Shown: positions 57,499-64,000 of the stretch, piece after piece
Layout: every line of letters begins with the position of its first letter
How positions within the stretch are numbered: position 1 is the stretch's first letter
IMG/VR virus record: IMGVR_UViG_3300042319_002138
Coordinates: 62,001 to 126,000 of that record
Reading direction: 5' to 3' (one strand)
Length of the DNA: 64,000 nt
The notes under the pieces: model-generated
Database searches by the model: none
What the model was told of the DNA's origin: nothing
What the model saw: only the letters and a program-made list of their open reading frames with translations
Made by a program: the position numbers and the translations under genes

Positions 57499-58914
57499 AT
57501 GTTGGGTATGAGTAAAGAAGTTACATTAGGTTATTTAGGATATAAGTTTCAAACAGAGTTTATTAATCAAATTCTACATCCAGCAAATAAAAAATTCTCA
57601 GATAGAATTATCGATATTGTTCACGCGAAATATTTTGATAATGAGTATTTCAGGTTGATTATTGCCACAATAAAAGATTATTTTGAAAGATTTGAAAAAG
57701 TTCCTGCTTGGGATACATTAGAAACTATTCTAAAAGTAGAAATTAAGGATAAGATAACCCAAGATTATGTGTTTGAAATCACAAAAGAAATAAGAAATCT
57801 AGGTGTTGAGGATTGGGAATTTGTTCAGGATAAAGCCTTAAATTTCTGTAGACAACAAGAACTTAAAAAAGCCAACGATAAGATATCAAAAATTATTGAT
57901 GACGGTGATTTTGATAAGTATGAAGAGTGTGCAGATATAATGAAAGAAGCTCTTTCCATCGGAGCTGAAAAAGATGATGGGACATCAATTACCGAAGGTT
58001 GGGATACAGTGTTACAAGAGGATTTTAGACATCCAGTTCCTACGGGAATAAGTGGTATCGACGAATTAACTGACGGTGGTTTATCACGGGGAGAATTAGG
58101 GGTTATTCTAGCACCTTATGGTGTTGGTAAAACAACAATTCTAACCAAAATAGCAAATACCGCATATAATGTGGGGTATAATGTTTTACAAATTGTTTTT
58201 GAAGACATACCTGATGTTATCAAAAGAAAACATGCCGCTTGTTGGAGTGGGATAGAACTTAACTCTCTATCTGACGAAGAAGAAAGAGTCATGGAAGTAA
58301 TTAAAGAAAGAACAAATGGTAAAGAAAACGATTTAGTTATTCGAAAGTTTTCGTCTGAAGGAGTTACGGTTAATCACCTTAAAACCTACGTAAGACATTT
58401 AATTTCAGTTGGGTTTAAACCTGACATGATTGTATTAGATTACATTGACTGTGTTGAATCGGCAAGAAGATATAACGATGAATGGTCAGGTGAGGGTAAC
58501 GTCATGAGAGGTTTTGAATCCATGTTAGCTGAATATGGTATGGTGGGATGGACAGCGGTTCAAGGTAACAGGGCGTCAATCTCAGCTGATGTAGTAACAG
58601 GGGACCAAATGGGTGGGTCAATTAAAAAGGCTCAGATTGGTCACTTTATAATGTCTATCGCAAGAACTCTAACACAAAAAGAAAACAATAGAGCAACGAT
58701 AGCGGTTTTAAAATCTAGATTCGGTAAAGATGGTGTTATCTTTGAGGATTGTACGTTTGATAATGGTCGAGTATTCATTGATACAGAAACTTCAGACACT
58801 TTCTTAGGTTATGAGAGAAAGGTTGAGGAAAGAAAAGATGAGAATGTTCGTGAAAGATTGAAGATGGCAAAACTCAGAAAAAAACAAAAAGATACTGAAG
58901 AAAGTATTAATTAA
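57499..58914 (+). CDS. DnaB-like replicative helicase (gp41-like)
   Basis: PTGISGID, APYGVGKT, LDYID, WTAVQGNR, KSRFG. Confidence 0.9.
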   Translation: MLGMSKEVTLGYLGYKFQTEFINQILHPANKKFSDRIIDIVHAKYFDNEYFRLIIATIKDYFERFEKVPAWDTLETILKVEIKDKITQDYVFEITKEIRNLGVEDWEFVQDKALNFCRQQELKKANDKISKIIDDGDFDKYEECADIMKEALSIGAEKDDGTSITEGWDTVLQEDFRHPVPTGISGIDELTDGGLSRGELGVILAPYGVGKTTILTKIANTAYNVGYNVLQIVFEDIPDVIKRKHAACWSGIELNSLSDEEERVMEVIKERTNGKENDLVIRKFSSEGVTVNHLKTYVRHLISVGFKPDMIVLDYIDCVESARRYNDEWSGEGNVMRGFESMLAEYGMVGWTAVQGNRASISADVVTGDQMGGSIKKAQIGHFIMSIARTLTQKENNRATIAVLKSRFGKDGVIFEDCTFDNGRVFIDTETSDTFLGYERKVEERKDENVRERLKMAKLRKKQKDTEESIN

Positions 58915-58943
58915 TAATTAAAAGTTTATAAAAAATTTAAAAA

Positions 58944-60806
58944 ATGGAATTATCAAATCAGATTCTATCAGACATTACTGTCTACATGAAATACGCTAAG
59001 TATTTACCAGAAAAACAAAGAAGAGAAACTTGGGAAGAGTTGGTGACAAGAAACAAAGAAATGCACCAAAAAAAATATTCTCATTTAAAAGAAGAAATTG
59101 AAACCGTTTATAAAATGGTTTATGACCGTAAAGTTTTACCATCCATGCGTTCATTACAGTTTGGGGGGAGACCAATTGAAATCTCACCAAACAGAGTTTA
59201 TAACTGTGCTTTCTTACCGATTGACCACATTGATGCATTTCCAGAAACAATGTTCTTATTGTTAGGGGGTACAGGTGTAGGTTATTCAGTACAAAAACAC
59301 CACGTTGATAAGTTACCTGAAATTAGAAAACCAGACCCAAACAGAACTAGACGATATGTAGTTAGTGATTCAATTGAAGGATGGGCTGACGCAATCAAAG
59401 TTTTGATGAAATCTTATTTTGGGGTTAATTCATCAACACCTATCTTTGATTTCTCAGACATCAGACCAAAAGGAGCTTTATTGGTTACATCAGGTGGTAA
59501 AGCACCAGGTCCACAACCACTTAAAGATTGTGTTCACAATATTAAAAAAGTGTTGGATGCTAAGGTAGATAGAGAAAAACTAACAACACTAGAAACACAT
59601 GATATTGTATGTCACATTGCTGACGCAGTATTAGCTGGTGGTATCAGAAGAGCAGCACTTATCTCATTATTTTCAGCTGACGATGATGAAATGATTTCGT
59701 GTAAATCAGGACCTTGGTGGGAACTTAATCCACAAAGAGGTAGAGCTAATAACTCAGCAGTTCTATTAAGAAACAAAATCACTAAAGAATTCTTTATGGA
59801 TTTGTGGAAAAGAGTCGAGTTATCTGGAGCTGGTGAACCTGGAATTTATTTTTCTTACGACAAAGATTGGGGAACTAACCCTTGTTGTGAAATTGCTCTT
59901 AGACCTTATCAGTTCTGTAATCTTTGTGAGGTTAACGTATCAAACATTGAATCACAAGAAGACTTGAATGAGAGAGTTAAAGCGGCAGCATTTATTGGTA
60001 CGTTACAAGCTGGTTACACAGATTTTCATTACCTAAGAGATGTATGGAAACGAACTACCGAGAAAGACGCCTTAATCGGGGTATCAATGACAGGAATTGG
60101 TTCAGGTGTTGTATTGGGTTATAATATGACTGAAGCTGCTGAAATGGTTAACGCTGAAAATGAAAGAGTAGCTAATTTAATTAATATTAATCCTGCAGCA
60201 AGAACAACAACTGTTAAACCAGCTGGTACAACATCATTAACACTTGGAACTTCTTCAGGTATTCACGCTTGGCATAACGATTATTATGTTAGAAGAGTTA
60301 GAGTTGGTAAAAATGAGGCTATTTACACATACCTTTCTATCTACCACCCTGAACTAGTTGAGGACGAAGTATTTAGACCACACGATACAGCAGTTATTTC
60401 TGTACCACAAAAATCACCACTAGGCTCAATCCTTAGACATGAGTCACCTTTTGAACTTTTGGAAAGAGTTAAAAAAGTATCACAAGAATGGATTAAACCT
60501 GGACATAGAACAGGACAAAATACACATAACGTTTCAGCAACAATTTCATTGAAGGATGAAGATTGGGATTTGGCAGGTGAATGGATGTGGACTAATCGTA
60601 AATTCTATAACGGATTGTCAGTTTTACCTTATAATGGAGGTACCTACCAACAAGCTCCTTTTGAAGATTGTGATGAGGAAACTTACCATAGAATGATGAA
60701 ATCTCTATCTAACATAGATTTATCTAAAGTAGTAGAACTTTCTGATAATACTGACCTTAGTGGTGAGTTGGCTTGTAGTGGTGGAGCAGGATGTGAAGTG
60801 AAGTAA
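58944..60806 (+). CDS. nrdJ: Class II (adenosylcobalamin-dependent) ribonucleotide reductase
   Basis: PSMR, YNCAF, GGIRRAA, TNPCCEI, TTVKPAGT, C-terminal ACSGGAGC; no NrdB gene adjacent. Confidence 0.85.
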   Translation: MELSNQILSDITVYMKYAKYLPEKQRRETWEELVTRNKEMHQKKYSHLKEEIETVYKMVYDRKVLPSMRSLQFGGRPIEISPNRVYNCAFLPIDHIDAFPETMFLLLGGTGVGYSVQKHHVDKLPEIRKPDPNRTRRYVVSDSIEGWADAIKVLMKSYFGVNSSTPIFDFSDIRPKGALLVTSGGKAPGPQPLKDCVHNIKKVLDAKVDREKLTTLETHDIVCHIADAVLAGGIRRAALISLFSADDDEMISCKSGPWWELNPQRGRANNSAVLLRNKITKEFFMDLWKRVELSGAGEPGIYFSYDKDWGTNPCCEIALRPYQFCNLCEVNVSNIESQEDLNERVKAAAFIGTLQAGYTDFHYLRDVWKRTTEKDALIGVSMTGIGSGVVLGYNMTEAAEMVNAENERVANLININPAARTTTVKPAGTTSLTLGTSSGIHAWHNDYYVRRVRVGKNEAIYTYLSIYHPELVEDEVFRPHDTAVISVPQKSPLGSILRHESPFELLERVKKVSQEWIKPGHRTGQNTHNVSATISLKDEDWDLAGEWMWTNRKFYNGLSVLPYNGGTYQQAPFEDCDEETYHRMMKSLSNIDLSKVVELSDNTDLSGELACSGGAGCEVK

Positions 60807-60852
60807 TATTCATAACTTTATATAACATCATAAAAAGTAATGGTTAAAAATT

Positions 60853-60877
60853 AAACCCCTCACACGAGGGGTTTTTT
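60853..60877 (+). terminator. Intrinsic terminator after RNR
   Basis: AAACCCCTC-ACAC-GAGGGGTTTTTT. Confidence 0.85.
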
Positions 60878-60945
60878 ATGCTTAAAATTTACATTTCATA
60901 TTTATGGTATAAATTGTATAATTGAATATTTATAAATAAAAAGAA

Positions 60946-61350
60946 ATGGCAGAAAGGTTTATAAACATAGCATTCCCATTTAGGGATGACGATACGAAAA
61001 ACTATTTTCTTAAAATGAATAAGAATAGTTATGATGCTATTAAATCTGATTTATTACATCTTTTATTAACAACACCAGGGGATAGATTATATCTACCCGA
61101 CTTTGGTACAAATCTAAAACAATTTCTATTTGAACCAAACGACAATCAAGTTAGAGATGACATTAGGAACGAAGTTCAAAACGCAGTTAGTAAATACATA
61201 CCAAATTTAACAATAACAACATTAACTGTAGATAGACCCGATAGTAGTGAATACAATGGTAAGGGAGACCATTCCGCGGTAGTAAGGATAGATTATATTG
61301 TAACAGAAGGGGCATTAAATAAAGTAGATTTTGTAACTATCACAGTTTAA
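60946..61350 (+). CDS. Baseplate wedge protein (gp25-like)
   Basis: IKSDLLHLLLTTPGDRLYLPDFGTNLKQFLFEP. Confidence 0.9.
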   Translation: MAERFINIAFPFRDDDTKNYFLKMNKNSYDAIKSDLLHLLLTTPGDRLYLPDFGTNLKQFLFEPNDNQVRDDIRNEVQNAVSKYIPNLTITTLTVDRPDSSEYNGKGDHSAVVRIDYIVTEGALNKVDFVTITV

Positions 61351-61362
61351 ATAAAAAAAAAT

Positions 61363-63234
61363 ATGGCAACACAAAGTAAAAAAATAAATTATTTTGCGAG
61401 GAACTTCGCTGATGTAAGAACCGAACTAGTTAATTTCATTAAATTATATTACCCAGAAGTATTTTCTGATTTTAATGACGCATCAGTAGGGATGATGTTA
61501 TTAGAGTTAAATGCGGCTGTTGGAGATATGTTATCCAATCACACAGACCGAATGTTTAACGAAACTTTTTTGGATTATGCACAAGAAAGAAAAAATGTTT
61601 TAGCTATAGCAAGAACATTGGGGTTAAAAGTACCAGGTCTAAGACCTAGTATTACTTTAGTAGATTACTCCGTTGTAGTACCTGTATACGGTGATACATG
61701 GGATATTAGATACGCACCAACGATTAGATACGGTTCACAAGTTTTAGGTGGTGGACAAGTATTTGAAAATTTAGAGGATATAGACTTTTCTTCACCTTAT
61801 ACTGTAGGTGGTACACCTAATAGATTAATTCTACCTAACATAGATGATAATGGTACATTACAAAATTATACTATAGTTAAAAGAGAGTTAGTAATTAATG
61901 GTTTAACGAAAATCTTTAAAAAGAGTATCTCACAAAGTGAGTCAGTACCTTTCTTTGAAATATTTTTACCTGATACAAACGTACTTTCAATTGAAAGTAT
62001 AATAAATCTTGAAGGTACAAATTATAGTAATAACCCAACAATAGACCAGTTCATTGACCCAGATTTAAGATGGTATGAAATGGATTCGTTAGCTGAAGAT
62101 AAAGTTTTTATTGAAGACACTAGTAGAACTACTGATAATGAAGCGGTTAAACCTGGTAAGTATGTTCACACAACAAGAAAATTTGTTAGAGAATTTACTG
62201 ATAATAATTACTGTAAATTAACTTTTGGTAGTGGTGTTAGTACAGACGATGAACAATTACAAAACATATCTACAACTGGTATAAAAATAGGTGACTTTAT
62301 AAATACTACAGCTTTAGGTGAAATAATTAAACCAAACACAACCTTATTTATTAGATATAGAGTTGGTGGTGGACCTAGTAGTAATATAGGACCTAATGCT
62401 ATAAACGCAATTGGTAATGTTACTTTAAATGTAAATGGACCCAACACACCAACAAATCAATCGGTAATAAGGTCGTTAAGAGTTAATAACCCAATTCCAG
62501 CAATAGGTGGAGCTGGGGTACCTTCAGTTGACCAAATAAGACAATATACAAAGTATAATTTTGCCTCACAAAATAGAGCGGTTACTATTAAAGATTATGA
62601 AGCTATTTTAGCTAAAATACCTGGTAGATACGGCTCACCTTATAGACATAAAATAGCTGAGGAACAAAATAAAGTAATTATTTATACACTAGGTTTAGAT
62701 GCTTCAGGTAAGTTAACAAACCAATCTACTAATACTCTAAAAGAAAATATAGCAACTTGGTTATCAGATTATAGAATGATAAATGATTACGTATTAGTTG
62801 GTGATGGTAAAGTAGTTAACCTAGGATTTGAAATAGACTTATTTATAGATAAACAGATTAATCAATCAGAATTAATTAATAACGTTATTACTAGTGTTAA
62901 AAATTATTTTGATGTTAAGAAGTGGGAAATGGGTGATAATATTTATATCGCTCAATTGGTTGAAAACATTAATAATGTTGGTGGTGTACTAAATGTTATT
63001 GATATAAGAGCTTACAATTTAATAAGTTCTCCTTATTCATTAAACCAAACATCACAAAATTTCATACCAGAATCTTTAGTAAATGGTGTTATACCATTTA
63101 ATAATGGTAAACTAATTGATTTAGGTTCTGATTACGCTTTATTTGGTGATATAGACTCTATGTTTGAAATTAAGTTCCCTGAAAGGGATATAAAAGTAAG
63201 GATTAAGAGAAGTTCGACTGTAACTGAAGGGTAA
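61363..63234 (+). CDS. Baseplate wedge protein (gp6 / baseplate J-like)
   Basis: DFNDASVGMMLLE, ETFLDYAQ, FGSG, YRVGGG, QNRAVTIKDYE. Confidence 0.88.
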   Translation: MATQSKKINYFARNFADVRTELVNFIKLYYPEVFSDFNDASVGMMLLELNAAVGDMLSNHTDRMFNETFLDYAQERKNVLAIARTLGLKVPGLRPSITLVDYSVVVPVYGDTWDIRYAPTIRYGSQVLGGGQVFENLEDIDFSSPYTVGGTPNRLILPNIDDNGTLQNYTIVKRELVINGLTKIFKKSISQSESVPFFEIFLPDTNVLSIESIINLEGTNYSNNPTIDQFIDPDLRWYEMDSLAEDKVFIEDTSRTTDNEAVKPGKYVHTTRKFVREFTDNNYCKLTFGSGVSTDDEQLQNISTTGIKIGDFINTTALGEIIKPNTTLFIRYRVGGGPSSNIGPNAINAIGNVTLNVNGPNTPTNQSVIRSLRVNNPIPAIGGAGVPSVDQIRQYTKYNFASQNRAVTIKDYEAILAKIPGRYGSPYRHKIAEEQNKVIIYTLGLDASGKLTNQSTNTLKENIATWLSDYRMINDYVLVGDGKVVNLGFEIDLFIDKQINQSELINNVITSVKNYFDVKKWEMGDNIYIAQLVENINNVGGVLNVIDIRAYNLISSPYSLNQTSQNFIPESLVNGVIPFNNGKLIDLGSDYALFGDIDSMFEIKFPERDIKVRIKRSSTVTEG

Positions 63235-63236
63235 CA

Positions 63237-64000
63237 ATGGAAAGAATTGAACAACTATTGGGTAGGGCTAGATATAAAATGGCCCCTGACACTAATTTTA
63301 ACTATAAATTAAATTTAGATAGCAGCCTTAGTCCGTTAAAAAATAATTTTAATAAAATTATTTCAATCCTTAGTGCAGACCAAGTTTTTCAAGATGAAAG
63401 AGACAATTCTACAAAATATAGAATTCTAGGTAGATTAAACATTATTACCGACAATTCAATTAATTACACAGCAACAACAGTTACAACAGGGGCTAACCCA
63501 CAAACTATTGGTATAACAAGACCAAACAATTCTGATTGGACCCCACTTTTTGGTTCTGGTAATGTAATAACTAATCAAAACCCACCTATACCAAATAATT
63601 GGGTTTTACAAATACTGTACCCTAGTAAAATTGATAAATACACTAAAGTAGGAGACAATCAGGCTTATAAAGGTATTACTATAAAAAATTTAATTTCTAC
63701 TGACCCTTCTGGCACTAAAGAACAAGTTTTATTGGAGACCCAACAAAAAAATAAATTGGTTGAGGGTGATTTTTGTTACATATACAGTAACACACATAAT
63801 AGTATTTATACTGGTTTTCATGATGTAGATTTTTTAGGTGTTAACGGACAGTATTCGGAAACAAAATTTAGGTTAACAACTAAATATATTGGTCCCGATA
63901 ATGAATTGATTTTAAAAAGAGTGATAAATGTTTCTGATAACGACATAAATTTTCTTAACACACAGAACATTATAAAAGTAGTATCTACAGATTTAAGTGG
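63237..64000 (+). CDS. Probable baseplate / tail structural protein (runs off the window end)
   Basis: ATG at 63237, MERIEQLLGRARYKMAPDTNF…QVFQDERDNSTKYRILG; directly follows the gp6-like gene. Confidence 0.6.
   Translation, partial: MERIEQLLGRARYKMAPDTNFNYKLNLDSSLSPLKNNFNKIISILSADQVFQDERDNSTKYRILGRLNIITDNSINYTATTVTTGANPQTIGITRPNNSDWTPLFGSGNVITNQNPPIPNNWVLQILYPSKIDKYTKVGDNQAYKGITIKNLISTDPSGTKEQVLLETQQKNKLVEGDFCYIYSNTHNSIYTGFHDVDFLGVNGQYSETKFRLTTKYIGPDNELILKRVINVSDNDINFLNTQNIIKVVSTDLS

Noticed and set aside
1-64000. Alternative genetic code (stop-codon reassignment as in some large gut phages)
   Set aside because: Long conserved genes are intact under the standard code, and TAG (17239) and TGA (22900, 27700) end genes at sensible places.
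1-64000. tRNA, rRNA, CRISPR arrays or introns
   Set aside because: None recognised; intergenic spaces are short and AT-rich. A covariance-model scan was not possible, so small RNAs cannot be fully excluded.

Overview
A 64 kb internal segment of a large, AT-rich (roughly 30% GC by eye), T4-like contractile-tailed phage, probably jumbo-sized, read in the standard genetic code. The host is probably Bacteroidota: TTTG-N19-TAnnTTTG promoters, A-rich Shine-Dalgarno-less starts, a Bacteroidetes-type ClpP and a small Bacteroidetes-type lipoprotein all point that way. Gene order: truncated family-B DNA polymerase; a PAPS/sulfation plus glycosyltransferase cluster; lysozyme, DHH phosphoesterase and SNF2 helicase; neck, fibre, sheath, tube, chaperone and tape-measure genes mixed with probable head-cargo proteins; baseplate hub genes; a replication block (SSB, RecA/UvsX, 5'-3' exonuclease, DnaB-like helicase, class II RNR); gp25- and gp6-like wedge genes. 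The most striking element is at 39837-51559. A 1725-aa hub-like protein ends in an intein-like Hint domain that has no real C-extein (…HN-V-T-stop). It is followed by three paralogous genes that all start M-S-D-N-T with near-identical DNA, share a hub-like core and end in three different tip domains (M15 peptidase; unknown; lysozyme plus SGNH-like). My hypothesis is Hint-mediated ligation of alternative cell-wall-degrading tips onto one hub protein in trans. Other candidates are a +1/-2 frameshift in the tail chaperone pair, a shared I/L-x-E leader on probable capsid cargo, an ATATTTAT late-promoter motif, and a possible minimal ATP sulfurylase. All family assignments come from motifs recognised by eye; no database searches were run.
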